DNA of 64,000 nt from an uncultured Actinomycetes bacterium. Lineage in GTDB: Bacteria > Actinomycetota > UBA4738 > JBBDTT01. Shown here in pieces: positions 42,949 through 52,809 of the stretch. Location: the NCBI GenBank assembly GCA_963742735.1, contig CAVUMN010000004.1, positions 1,280,001 through 1,344,000 on the forward strand, written 5' to 3'. The position numbers and the translations under genes were made by a program. Position 1 is the stretch's first letter. Each line of letters opens with the position of its first letter. The notes below the pieces were generated by a model that saw nothing but the letters and a program-made list of their open reading frames with translations, ran no database searches and was not told the DNA's origin.

Positions 42949-42958
42949 CGCCGTACCC

Positions 42959-45133
42959 GTGACTCCCGAATCCCCCCTCCTGTCGACCCTCAACCCGGTG
43001 CAGCGCGAGGCCGTGCTGCACGCGGACGGCCCCGTGCTGATCGTGGCCGGGGCGGGCAGCGGCAAGACCCGGATCCTCACCCACCGGATGGCCTACCTGA
43101 TCCGAGAGATGGGCGTGTCCCCGTACGCCATCCTGGCGATCACGTTCACCAACCGGGCCGCCAACGAGATGGCCGAGCGGGTCGAGGCCCTCCTGGGGGA
43201 GCGCGTCGCCAAGGGCATGTGGGTGCTGACGTTCCACTCGTCGTGTGTGCGGATCCTCCGCCGCGAGCACAAGCGCCTCGGTCTGCCGGCGTCCTTCTCG
43301 ATCTACGATGAATCCGACACGCAGCGGGTCGTCTCGATGTGCCTCAAGGAGGCGAACCTGGACGTCAAGAAGTTCCCGCCCCGGGGCGTCGCCGCGGTGA
43401 TCGGCAAAGCCAAGGACCACCTGATCAGCCCCGAGGAGTTCGCCGACCAGGCCTCCAACTGGTACGAGCGCTCGGTGGCCGACGTCTACCGCGCCTACCA
43501 GCGGCGGCTCCAGGCGGCCGGCGCGCTGGACTTCGACGACATCATCGTGCGCACCGTGAACCTGTTCCGCTCCCAGCCCGAGGTCCTGGAGCACTACCAG
43601 GAGCGGTTCACCCACATCCTGATCGACGAGTACCAGGACACGAACCGCGCGCAGTATCACCTGGTGAACCTGCTGGCCTCCAAGCACCGCAACCTGTGCG
43701 TGGTCGGCGACGCCGACCAGGGCGTGTACTCCTGGCGCGGGGCGACGATCCAGAACCTCCTCGAGTTCGAGAAGGACTACCCGGACGCGGCCGTGTTCGT
43801 CCTGGAGCAGAACTACCGCTCGACGCAGAACATCCTCTCGGTCGCGAACGCGCTCATCGAGCACAACCTGGAGCGCAAGCCGAAGTCGCTGTGGACCGAG
43901 GCTCCGGGTGGGGAGATGGTCGTGCGGGTTCGCGCCAACGACGAGCACGACGAGGCCTGGTTCGTGGCCGAGGAGATCACGCGACTGACCGACGAGGGGC
44001 CGTACCGGTACGGGGACGTGGCGGTGTTCTACCGGACCAACGCCCAGTCGCGGGTCCTGGAGGACGTCCTGTCGCGGGCGGGCCTGCCGTACCGGGTGGT
44101 CGGGGGCGTGCGCTTCTACGAGCGCCGGGAGGTCAAGGACCTCATCGCGTACCTCCGCCTGCTGGTGAACCCGGCGGACGTGGTCTCGGCCCGGCGCGTG
44201 GTGGGCGTGCCGAAACGGGGGATCGGCGAGGCGACCGTGGCGGCGCTGGAGGGCTTCGCCCGCGACGAGGAGATCACGTTCCTGGAGGCGGCCCGCCGCG
44301 TGGAGGAGATCGACGTCCTCGGGTCGAGGGCCAGAGGCGCCGTCGCCGGCTTCGTTCGCCTCATCGACAGCCTGCGGGCCATGGCCGAGGACGGGACCTC
44401 GGTCTCCGGCCTGGTCGAGGCGGCGTTCACCGAGTCTGGGTACATGGCCGAGCTCGAGGCGGAGCGGACCGTGGAGGCCGAGGGACGCGTGGAGAACCTG
44501 AAGGAGCTCGTCGGCGTCGCCGCGGAGTTCGAGGCCCGGTCCGAGGAGGCCGGGCTCGCCGACTTCCTGGAGCAGATCGCGCTGGTGACCGACCAGGACG
44601 AGTACGAGGACGCCGAGTCGACGGTGACGCTGATGACGCTGCATACCGCCAAGGGCCTGGAGTTCCCGGCGGTGTTCGTCGTGGGCATGGAGGACGGGGT
44701 GTTCCCGCACTACCGCTCGATGGGCGACCCGTCCCAGCTCGAGGAGGAGCGGCGGCTGGCGTACGTGGGCATCACCCGCGCCCGGGAGCGCCTGTACCTG
44801 ACGCACGCGTGGAGCCGGAACCTGTGGGGCGGCTCGTCGTTCAACCCGCCCTCGCGCTTCCTGGGCGAGATTCCCGAGGCGTTCGTGAAGCTCCACCAGG
44901 TCGAGGGGACCTCGGAGGGCGCCGGGGCGGGCAACGGCGCCGGCCGTTCGGGCATCCAGCAGCGCGCGGTGCCCACCCTGGTCGCCGGCGACACCGTCAT
45001 CCACGACCGCTGGGGGCCGGGGGTGGTGGTCGAGGTGTTCGGGGCGGGACAGCGCGCCGAGGCGAAGATCGCGTTCGAGGACCAGGGCGAGAAGCGGCTG
45101 CTCCTCGCCTATGCGCCCATCCGGAAGGCATAG
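42959..45133 (+). CDS. pcrA: ATP-dependent DNA helicase PcrA/UvrD
   Basis: AGAGSGKT, ITFTN.AA.EM, IDEYQDTN, VGDADQ..Y.WRGA, NYRST, HTAKGLEF, EEERRLAYVG.TRA. Confidence 0.97.
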   Translation: MTPESPLLSTLNPVQREAVLHADGPVLIVAGAGSGKTRILTHRMAYLIREMGVSPYAILAITFTNRAANEMAERVEALLGERVAKGMWVLTFHSSCVRILRREHKRLGLPASFSIYDESDTQRVVSMCLKEANLDVKKFPPRGVAAVIGKAKDHLISPEEFADQASNWYERSVADVYRAYQRRLQAAGALDFDDIIVRTVNLFRSQPEVLEHYQERFTHILIDEYQDTNRAQYHLVNLLASKHRNLCVVGDADQGVYSWRGATIQNLLEFEKDYPDAAVFVLEQNYRSTQNILSVANALIEHNLERKPKSLWTEAPGGEMVVRVRANDEHDEAWFVAEEITRLTDEGPYRYGDVAVFYRTNAQSRVLEDVLSRAGLPYRVVGGVRFYERREVKDLIAYLRLLVNPADVVSARRVVGVPKRGIGEATVAALEGFARDEEITFLEAARRVEEIDVLGSRARGAVAGFVRLIDSLRAMAEDGTSVSGLVEAAFTESGYMAELEAERTVEAEGRVENLKELVGVAAEFEARSEEAGLADFLEQIALVTDQDEYEDAESTVTLMTLHTAKGLEFPAVFVVGMEDGVFPHYRSMGDPSQLEEERRLAYVGITRARERLYLTHAWSRNLWGGSSFNPPSRFLGEIPEAFVKLHQVEGTSEGAGAGNGAGRSGIQQRAVPTLVAGDTVIHDRWGPGVVVEVFGAGQRAEAKIAFEDQGEKRLLLAYAPIRKA

Positions 45134-45140
45134 TGGCGCC

Positions 45141-47108
45141 GTGAGCGTCAACGCCCGCCCACGCGCCCGTACCGGTGGCGCGCTGGACCGCGACCGGCGA
45201 CGGGCCCGGCGCACCGTGCACCCCGGAGCCTTCCGGCGGCGCCGGTGGCCGTGGGTCGTCGGCGGCGGGCTCGCCCTCCTGTTCGGCCTGGTCACGTTCC
45301 AGGCGTACCGGATCGCGCTGTACACGGCGGAGGACCTCCGTTCGGCGGCCCTGGTCCTGAAGGTGGGCCCGGGCTTCCTGGTGGGCGGCACCCCCTTCTC
45401 CGACGACGCGTTCACCCGCGTGGAGACCTCGATCGACAAGGCCATCGAACGCGTGGAGAACGCGAACTGGTCGTTCGACGTGGTCGGGGCGGTGCCGCTG
45501 CTGGGGCGTCCCGTTCACGCCGCCGAGCACCTGGTCCGGGCGGCGGCCATCGAGCTCGACTCGATCAAGCTCGCCCGGAGGACGCTCGCCGACATCACGG
45601 GCGAGGACGGGTCGAGCCCGCTGCTGCGCAACGGCCAGGTGGACCTGGACACCCTCCGCGCCGCCGCGGCCACCCTGGAGAAGATCATGTCCGACCTCGC
45701 GCTGGTGGAGGCCGAGGTCCGGGCCGTGAAGCCGATCCCGTTCGTGGCCGAGACGGCGCGGCTCAAGGCCGAGGCTCTCGCGGAGCTCGCCCGGGTCCGG
45801 GAGAGCGCCGAAGTGATCCGCCGGGCGCTCGCCATCATCCCGAACTTCCTCGGCGACGAGGAGCCGCGGATCTACCTGCTCGCGGTCCTCAACAACGCCG
45901 AGCTGCACGGGGTGGGTGGGGCGTTCCTGTCCTTCGGCGTGGTGAAGGCGCGGTTCGGGCGCCTGGGCCTGGTGGGGGATCCGGGCGACCCCCTCATGCT
46001 CGATCCACGGACCGATCCGGAGCCGGTCCCGGCGCCCGCGGACAACTACTACCTGAACGAGATCTACCCCGTGCACCTGGTGAACGCGCTCAACGGGCCC
46101 GACTTCGCGCAGGGGGCCCGGCTGGCCTCGGATATCGCGGAGGCCAAGTTCGGCCGTCCGCTCGACGGGGTGATCGCCGTGGATGCGGTCGGTCTGTCCT
46201 ACATCCTGCCCGCGGTCGGCCCGATCAAGTTCCCCAAGCCCAAGGTCGTGCTCACGCCGCAGAACTTCGTGAAGTTCTCGACCAACGCGCAGTACCTGCT
46301 GTATCCCTACGACGTCCGCCAGCGGATCCAGAAGGCAACGATCGAGCACGTGTGGGGCCGGATCGGCAGCGCGGCGAATCCCCTCGCGCTGCTCCGGGGC
46401 CTGTCCCGGGGCCTCGAGGAGCGCCGGGTGCTGCTCTGGTCCCGCTTCCCGGAGGAGCAGCGCCTGTTCCGGTCCAAGGACTGGGCGGGGGCGCTGTTCA
46501 AGCCCCACGGCGACTACTTCCTGCTGAACCACCAGAACCTGGGGGTCGACAAGCTCGACTACTACCTGCGGGAGCACGTGCGCTACAGGGTCCGCATCGA
46601 GGAAGACGGCGACCTGGACGTCGAGGCCCAGATCGTGATGCGCAACACCGCGCCGCCGGACCTGCCCAGGCCGGTCGGCAACAACGACGGCTCGAAGATG
46701 CGAACGCTGCTGGGGGCATTCGTCCACGGCCGGGCGGAGTTCGAGGGCCTCGCCGTCCAGGACGACAGCGCCACGGTGCCCGACGGGCCTCGAGCCGAAC
46801 GGGCGACCGTCGGCTACGGCAAGAACCTGTACCTGACGATCGTCAAGATCGACGGGAAGTCGAAGGCGGTGGTCAAGATCCGGTACCGGGTCCCGAACGC
46901 GGTCGTGAACACCGACGCCGGCCGGTTCTACCGCCTGCTGATACAGCACCAGCCGCTGGTGCATCCGGCGACGGTGCGCGTCGAGCTGATCCCGGGTGAG
47001 GGGGTCTCCTTCGGGCAGCTCTCGGCGTTGTGGACGCTCGTCGAGGGCAAGGCCGTGTACGAGGGACCGCTGGAACGGGACCTGGTCCTGGACGTGCCCC
47101 TGCGCTGA
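45141..47108 (+). CDS. DUF4012-domain membrane-anchored protein (paralog 1)
   Basis: N-terminal TM; FLG...R.YLL...NNAEL.G.GG, PDF, DGVIAVD, KLDYY, IQHQP; start uncertain. Confidence 0.8.
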   Translation: MSVNARPRARTGGALDRDRRRARRTVHPGAFRRRRWPWVVGGGLALLFGLVTFQAYRIALYTAEDLRSAALVLKVGPGFLVGGTPFSDDAFTRVETSIDKAIERVENANWSFDVVGAVPLLGRPVHAAEHLVRAAAIELDSIKLARRTLADITGEDGSSPLLRNGQVDLDTLRAAAATLEKIMSDLALVEAEVRAVKPIPFVAETARLKAEALAELARVRESAEVIRRALAIIPNFLGDEEPRIYLLAVLNNAELHGVGGAFLSFGVVKARFGRLGLVGDPGDPLMLDPRTDPEPVPAPADNYYLNEIYPVHLVNALNGPDFAQGARLASDIAEAKFGRPLDGVIAVDAVGLSYILPAVGPIKFPKPKVVLTPQNFVKFSTNAQYLLYPYDVRQRIQKATIEHVWGRIGSAANPLALLRGLSRGLEERRVLLWSRFPEEQRLFRSKDWAGALFKPHGDYFLLNHQNLGVDKLDYYLREHVRYRVRIEEDGDLDVEAQIVMRNTAPPDLPRPVGNNDGSKMRTLLGAFVHGRAEFEGLAVQDDSATVPDGPRAERATVGYGKNLYLTIVKIDGKSKAVVKIRYRVPNAVVNTDAGRFYRLLIQHQPLVHPATVRVELIPGEGVSFGQLSALWTLVEGKAVYEGPLERDLVLDVPLR

Positions 47109-47169
47109 GCGTGAGCCCGGGAACAGGGCGAAACCTCCAAAGCCACAACCGTTCGATAGACTCGCCCGA

Positions 47170-49644
47170 ATGTCGCGCGACTTCCTCCCCGCGCCGGTCG
47201 AGTTCCCGGGGGGTCGCCGCCGCCGAACCAAGCGGCGCCGTCACCGAAGCCACGGAAGCCAGGGCTCCTCCTCCCAGGGCCGTCGTTCCGCGCGCCCCGG
47301 CGGGAGCGGGCCCGCGCGTGCCGACGGGAGCGTGCTCACCGACGAGCTCGACGGCCTCGCCCCCCTCGAGCCCCAGTCGCCCTATCGCCGCCGGCGCAGC
47401 CGGCGCAGCAAGCGAGGCCTCGGCCACCGCTACCGCAAGTGGCGCAGCCGGCGCGAGCGCCGGAAGTACAAGTCGTTCATGGGGGGCCACGCCGAGAGCT
47501 CCCGCGACGTCGCCCGTCGCTACGAGCGGTCGCGATCCCGCCGCAAGCGCCTGGTCATCGGCGGCGTGGCGGCGGTCGTCCTGGGGGCGTTCGGGGTCGC
47601 GGCCGGCGACGCCTACCTCCAGGCCTCGAGCGTCCTGGACAAGGTCCGCGACTCCGGGGAGAGCCTCAAGCAGGTCCGGTCGAACCTGATCCGGGGCAAG
47701 CTCCCGCCGGAGGAGGCGTTCGCGGCCGCCGCCAAGGCGATCGGTGAGGCCCAGGAACAGGTCAACGGGGTGCGGGCCACGTGGCCGGTGGTGCGCGCCG
47801 TGCCGTTCATCGGGCTGCCCGTGTCGGCCACGGAGCGCCTGCTCGAGGCGAGCCGGCACGAGCTGAGCGCCGCCATCGCGGCCAAGGAGCTGCTCGAGGA
47901 CATCCTGGGCCAGACGATCGAGGAGGCCCGGGCCGAGGCCGAGGAGGCGGCGGCCCGGCGCGAGGAGGCCGACGCCGACGGCAGCGGGACCCTGACGCCC
48001 GAGGAGCGCCGCGAGCTGAAGGCGGCCGGCCAGGGCCCGAAGGGCGGCGGCGGGAAGGAGGCGCCCGCCCAGGACGACCCGAACGCGCTGCTGTCCAACG
48101 GCAAGGTGAACCTGGCCCGGATGCGCGAGCTGATCCCCAAGGTCCAGACGCTGGAGACCGAGCTCGCCGCGGCCGAGGCGGCCGTCGAAGCGATCGGGCC
48201 CGTCCCGTTCGTGTCCAAGGTCGAGGAGCTCCGCCAGGACCTGATCGGGGAGATCCAGGAGTCACGTCGCCTGGCCCAGCGAGCCCTCACGGGGCTGAAC
48301 TTCATCCCCGCGTTCCTCGGGTCCGGCGAGCAGAAGAACTACCTGCTGCTGTTCTCGGACAGCGGCTTCCTGCGGGGCACGGGCGGGGCGTACTTCGCGT
48401 ACGCGGAGATCTCCGTGAAGTCCGGGAAGCTCTCACTGGTGAACCAGGGCCCGATCATCGACCTCGACAAGTACGTCAACGAGCCGGTCGACCACGTCGT
48501 CCCGAAGGAGAACTGGTACCTGGAGACCTTCGGGCTCTCCAAGCGGATGAACAACCTCAACTGGGACCCGCACTTCCCGAACACCGCCCCGGTCGCGGCC
48601 GAGATCTACAAGCTCCGCACGGCGGGCAAGGACATCAACGGCGTCGTGAAGCCCGAGGGCCGCCAGGTCGACGGCGTGTTCCAGATCGACATCACCGGCG
48701 TCTCGTATCTGGTCGACGCCATCGGCCCGATCGCGGTGGACTCGTGGCCGGACCCGATCGGCGGCGGCAACCTCGAGCGCGTCGCGCTCATCGACTCCTA
48801 CGTGGAGCTCTCCTCGGGCGCCGCGGCGGACGACGCGTCGGACTCCGGGGCCGCGCGCAAGGCGTTCAACGAGGACCTGGTCGACGCCACGTGGAAGAGC
48901 CTCCAGGAACCCGACGACCTGGTCCGCACCGTGTTCCAGCTCTCCCGCGCCCTGGCCGAGCGCCACATGCAGGTGTGGGTCCGGGCCCCGAAGCAGCAGG
49001 CCTTCTTCGAGGACCTGGGGATGGCCGGGGCGATCAAGGACGAGCCCGGCGACTACGTGTACGCGGTCGACCAGAACCTGGGCGACGACACCCTCGACGT
49101 CTTCACCTCGGAGCGGGTCGACTACGACGTGGTCGTGGACGAGGACGGCAACCTCGACGTGACGACGACCGTGAAGGCCACGAACTTCGTGGACGAGACG
49201 ATGCCGTACCCGATCCTCGACAACAGCGGCCCGCCGGACAAGAAGACCTACGTGAACCTCTACGTCCCGGCCAACGCCGAGCTGAAGTCGGTGAAGTACG
49301 TGAACCGGTTCAAGGAGAGCACGCCGCAGCAGATCGAGCCGCACCTCGAGGCCGGGCGGAAGGTGTTCAGCGCCCAGATGTCGATCAAGCCCCAGGAGAC
49401 CGCCTCCCTGGTGTTCAAGTACCGGGTTCCGGGCGGGCTCCTCGACGAGGATGGGCGGCTGTACCGCCTGCTCGTACAGCGCCAGCCCCGCTACGTGGAC
49501 CAGTCCCTGCGGGTGACGGTGCACTTCCCCGAGGACTGGGGCGCCGAGGGCTACGACGACGAGGTCTGGACGGTCGACGGGAACACGGCCACGGCGTTCG
49601 TCGAGGCCCTCGAGGAGGACGCGGTCTTCGAGCTGCGGTTCTGA
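47170..49644 (+). CDS. DUF4012-domain membrane-anchored protein (paralog 2) with Arg-rich N-terminus
   Basis: FLG....NYLLLF....LRGTGG, NWDPHFP, VDGVFQID, VQRQP; TAGACT lies 7 nt before the ATG. Confidence 0.8.
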   Translation: MSRDFLPAPVEFPGGRRRRTKRRRHRSHGSQGSSSQGRRSARPGGSGPARADGSVLTDELDGLAPLEPQSPYRRRRSRRSKRGLGHRYRKWRSRRERRKYKSFMGGHAESSRDVARRYERSRSRRKRLVIGGVAAVVLGAFGVAAGDAYLQASSVLDKVRDSGESLKQVRSNLIRGKLPPEEAFAAAAKAIGEAQEQVNGVRATWPVVRAVPFIGLPVSATERLLEASRHELSAAIAAKELLEDILGQTIEEARAEAEEAAARREEADADGSGTLTPEERRELKAAGQGPKGGGGKEAPAQDDPNALLSNGKVNLARMRELIPKVQTLETELAAAEAAVEAIGPVPFVSKVEELRQDLIGEIQESRRLAQRALTGLNFIPAFLGSGEQKNYLLLFSDSGFLRGTGGAYFAYAEISVKSGKLSLVNQGPIIDLDKYVNEPVDHVVPKENWYLETFGLSKRMNNLNWDPHFPNTAPVAAEIYKLRTAGKDINGVVKPEGRQVDGVFQIDITGVSYLVDAIGPIAVDSWPDPIGGGNLERVALIDSYVELSSGAAADDASDSGAARKAFNEDLVDATWKSLQEPDDLVRTVFQLSRALAERHMQVWVRAPKQQAFFEDLGMAGAIKDEPGDYVYAVDQNLGDDTLDVFTSERVDYDVVVDEDGNLDVTTTVKATNFVDETMPYPILDNSGPPDKKTYVNLYVPANAELKSVKYVNRFKESTPQQIEPHLEAGRKVFSAQMSIKPQETASLVFKYRVPGGLLDEDGRLYRLLVQRQPRYVDQSLRVTVHFPEDWGAEGYDDEVWTVDGNTATAFVEALEEDAVFELRF

Positions 49645-49656
49645 GCCGCCGGGCGA

Positions 49657-51819
49657 CTAGTCCGACACGGCGCGGTTGACGGCGTCGCGGAACAGCTCCT
49701 GAAGTTGCAGCGCGTACGTGACCGACACGTGGCTGTCGTCGCGGTAGGCGATGGTGTTGCCGATGACCGTGGGGCACTGGTGCTGGTAGCAGAACCAACC
49801 CAGGGTGTTGAGGAACGTACCCCCGGCGGCCTCCGTGGCCCGGCCCACGTTTCGGTAGGTCCAGATCTGGTCCGCCGTTCGCGTCAGCGTGCACCCGGCG
49901 AGCGCGGCCTCCCGGTACAGGCAGTCGACCGGCTGCTGGCGATGGGCGGGGGGGTCCCCGATCACGACGACGTTCGGCGCCAGGGGCGCCATCGCCGCGA
50001 CCAGGTCGCGCGTCCCCGTGACGTTGGCGCGCACCTGCTCGGGGTTCGACAGCAGGAACTGGCCGCCGATCAGGACGACGTCGGGCTCCAGGTCGCGGAC
50101 CTGCTGCACGGACCAGTCGACGAACGAGCGGCACTCCACCGCGTAGTGCGACGGCCCGCACCCCAGCTCCACGAGCGGCAGCACCCGCCATCCGTCCCGC
50201 GCGGCCATCCGCAGGATCGGCGGCATCCAGTGCCGGGCGTGCGAGTCGCCGAACACGACCATCGTCCGGGTGGCCGTCTTCGGACCCAGGCGGCAGATCC
50301 GCGGGCTGCTGGGCTCGCCGTTCTCTGCGAAGCAGTCCTCGCTCGGGAAGTGGTAGTTGTCGCCCAGGAGCCGGTTGAGCGGCGGCGCGAGCGATTCGGG
50401 GATGGCGTCGCCCCGGCGGGCGGCCTCCACCGCCGCGACGACCTCGGGGAGGACCCGGGCCACCGCGGGGTCACCGGGCGTCGGCGAATACGGGGTGACC
50501 GTGGGGAGCGGGCCCGTCGTCCCGCCCAGGGCCCCGATCGAAACGAGGCCGAGCGCCGCCACGATCAGGACGAGCCCCACCGAGGCCCCCCACAGCAACG
50601 CGCTCGTTCGGATCGGGCGGGCCAGCTTCGTCCGGCGGATGGGGTTCTCGATCCAGCCGTAGCTGGCGATCGACACCGCGAACGCTCCCGCGAGCAAGAG
50701 CAGGTTGGTGCCGAGCGGCAGGTCGCGGCCGACGGCGAAGGCGGCGATGGTCAGCGCCGGCCAGTGCCACAGATAGAAGGCGTACGAGCGGTCGCCGACG
50801 TAGCGAAGCGGGGCGCGCCCGAGCCATCCACCGACGCCCCCCCGGGACCTCTCGTTGCCGATGCCCGCGGCGATGACCATGGCGGTGCCAACCGTGGGCA
50901 GCAGCGCCGCGTACCCGGGGAACAACGTCGTCGAGGAGAACAGGACCGCCGCGCCGACGATGGCGAGGGCTCCGGCCCACCCCATCAGCGCCCGGGTCCG
51001 GTCGGACAGATGCAGGAAGCGCGCCGCGCCGATGGCCAGCCCGGCGCCGAGGGCGAGCTCCCAGACCCTGGCCATCGTCGAGAAGTAGGCGGCCGCCGGC
51101 GTCCGCGGCGTGGAGTAGAGGGACCACGCCAGCGACGCGATGCCGGCGACGGAGATGACCGCCGCCAGCCGCCGGACGTTCAGGCTCCCGCCAGGGTCCA
51201 CCTCGCCGTCGCGGCGTCCGCGGCGGAGAGCGATCCCGACGAGGACCAGTGAGAGCACGACCGGCCACGCCAGGTAGAACTGCTCCTCGACGGCGAGCGA
51301 CCAGTAGTGCTGGACGGGCGACGCGGGATCTCCCTGGGCGAAGTAGTCGACGCCCTGGCGCGCGAACTGCAGGTTCGCTGCGAAGAAGGCGGCCCACACG
51401 CCGTCGACGATCGCCTGCTCGGCCCGTACGACGTTCATCAGGAAGCGGGCGGCGATCGCGGTGACGATCAACGTGAGCGCGGCGGCGGGGAGGATCCGCT
51501 TGGCCCGTCGCGCGTAGAACCGGCTCAGCGAGACCCGCGAGGTCCTCCCCGCCTCCTCGAGCATGAGCCGGGTGATCAGGAACCCGGAGAGCACGAAGAA
51601 GACGTCGACGCCGATGAAACCGCCCTGCAGGAACGACACCCCGGCGTGCCCCAGCACGACCAGCAGCACGGCGACGGCGCGCAGGCCCTGGATGTCGAGG
51701 CGGTGCCCGAGGACTCCCGCGGTCGGGCCTCCGTCCGCCGGGATACGGTCGCTCGCCGGCCGAACCGCATCGGTGAGTGGAGGACGCGGCGGGGGGACGG
51801 GGGCCGACGTCGATCGCAC
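49657..51819 (-). CDS. Acyltransferase-3 plus SGNH-domain O-acyltransferase (OafA/OatA-like)
   Basis: RLDIQGLRAVAV, GVDVFFVLSGFLIT, HYWSLAVEEQFY, SYAFYLWHWP; SGNH GDSHA..DDSH. Confidence 0.92.
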   Translation of the reverse strand: MRSTSAPVPPPRPPLTDAVRPASDRIPADGGPTAGVLGHRLDIQGLRAVAVLLVVLGHAGVSFLQGGFIGVDVFFVLSGFLITRLMLEEAGRTSRVSLSRFYARRAKRILPAAALTLIVTAIAARFLMNVVRAEQAIVDGVWAAFFAANLQFARQGVDYFAQGDPASPVQHYWSLAVEEQFYLAWPVVLSLVLVGIALRRGRRDGEVDPGGSLNVRRLAAVISVAGIASLAWSLYSTPRTPAAAYFSTMARVWELALGAGLAIGAARFLHLSDRTRALMGWAGALAIVGAAVLFSSTTLFPGYAALLPTVGTAMVIAAGIGNERSRGGVGGWLGRAPLRYVGDRSYAFYLWHWPALTIAAFAVGRDLPLGTNLLLLAGAFAVSIASYGWIENPIRRTKLARPIRTSALLWGASVGLVLIVAALGLVSIGALGGTTGPLPTVTPYSPTPGDPAVARVLPEVVAAVEAARRGDAIPESLAPPLNRLLGDNYHFPSEDCFAENGEPSSPRICRLGPKTATRTMVVFGDSHARHWMPPILRMAARDGWRVLPLVELGCGPSHYAVECRSFVDWSVQQVRDLEPDVVLIGGQFLLSNPEQVRANVTGTRDLVAAMAPLAPNVVVIGDPPAHRQQPVDCLYREAALAGCTLTRTADQIWTYRNVGRATEAAGGTFLNTLGWFCYQHQCPTVIGNTIAYRDDSHVSVTYALQLQELFRDAVNRAVSD

Positions 51820-51858
51820 GGCGTCCAGGGTAGCGCGTGGACGCGGCGCTCCGGCGCC

Positions 51859-52713
51859 CTAGGCGGGCTTCTCGCTGGCCGGAGCCCGCCGGCGGCGCGT
51901 GCGCGCCGTCTCGATGTGCCGCACGTTCCCGGGCTCCCGGCGGGCGAGCCGGACGACGACCTCGTGGATCAGCTCGGGCGAGACCAGGAGCGACATGTGG
52001 CCCAGGTCGCGGATCTCGACGTTCTCGGTGTCGAGGCCGGGCACCTCCAGGCGGCCGGAGCTGGCCGGGATGGTGAACGCGTCCAGGTTCGAGGAGAACG
52101 AGACCCACCGCACCCCGGCGCCGCGGCCCGGGCGGTTCAGCTGGCGCAGCAGGCGCGAGCCGGGCCGGAGCTGGCGCGCCACCCGGCTCGGGAAGGCGTA
52201 CGCGGCGTACGTGCCCCGGTGGGGGGTGCCGAGGGTCATCACCGTGTCCACGCGGTCGGCGCCGCCGAGCACCTGCACGTAGTACCGGGCGACGATGCCT
52301 CCCAGGCTGTGGCCGACCAGGTGCACCCGGTCCGCGCCGGTCGCCGCGAGCACCTCGTCCACGCGCTCGGCCAGCCGGGCGGCCATCGAGGGGACGTCCC
52401 GGCTGATCGCGGACAGGTTCACGTCGTAGAGGTGGGCGAACCCCACCCGGCGCAGCGCCCGGCGCATCACGAAGAAGCCGCTGCGGTTGTGGAGGTACCC
52501 GTGAACCATGAGGATCGGGGTCCCCCGGACCTCGCAATCCATGTCGATGGGGAGGGGGCGGTGGTGCCGGAGCCACCGCTCGGTCATGCGCTCGGAGGCC
52601 GACCCGGCCAGGAACCCCACTGGGTACAGGGCCACGTCCATCCCGAACCAGCACACCTCGCGGACCGCGCCGAGCACGGTGGCCGTCCGCCGGAGCACGG
52701 TTTTGTCACTCAT
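51859..52713 (-). CDS. Lipase/esterase (alpha/beta hydrolase)
   Basis: PILMVHG, LVGHSLGG, TLGTPHRG, D...P, GH; start taken at ATG (MSDKT). Confidence 0.85.
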   Translation of the reverse strand: MSDKTVLRRTATVLGAVREVCWFGMDVALYPVGFLAGSASERMTERWLRHHRPLPIDMDCEVRGTPILMVHGYLHNRSGFFVMRRALRRVGFAHLYDVNLSAISRDVPSMAARLAERVDEVLAATGADRVHLVGHSLGGIVARYYVQVLGGADRVDTVMTLGTPHRGTYAAYAFPSRVARQLRPGSRLLRQLNRPGRGAGVRWVSFSSNLDAFTIPASSGRLEVPGLDTENVEIRDLGHMSLLVSPELIHEVVVRLARREPGNVRHIETARTRRRRAPASEKPA

Positions 52714-52755
52714 GCCGGGGGGCGTGTACCCAAATGGAAACCAACGCAACCAGGG

Positions 52756-52777
52756 TGAATTACAAGATTGTAATTCA
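52756..52777. promoter_or_regulatory. AT-rich perfect inverted repeat, candidate transcription-factor operator
   Basis: TGAATTACAA-GA-TTGTAATTCA upstream of the lipase gene. Confidence 0.7.
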
Positions 52778-52809
52778 GGACTCGGCCGGACACCAGCCCG
52801 ATCGGGGTG

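Noticed and set aside
36790-42958. Lasso cluster as a mobile island integrated at the guaA 3' end
   Set aside because: guaA is a known integration hotspot, but I saw no integrase, transposase or duplicated guaA end; the cluster shares junctions and promoters with core genes.
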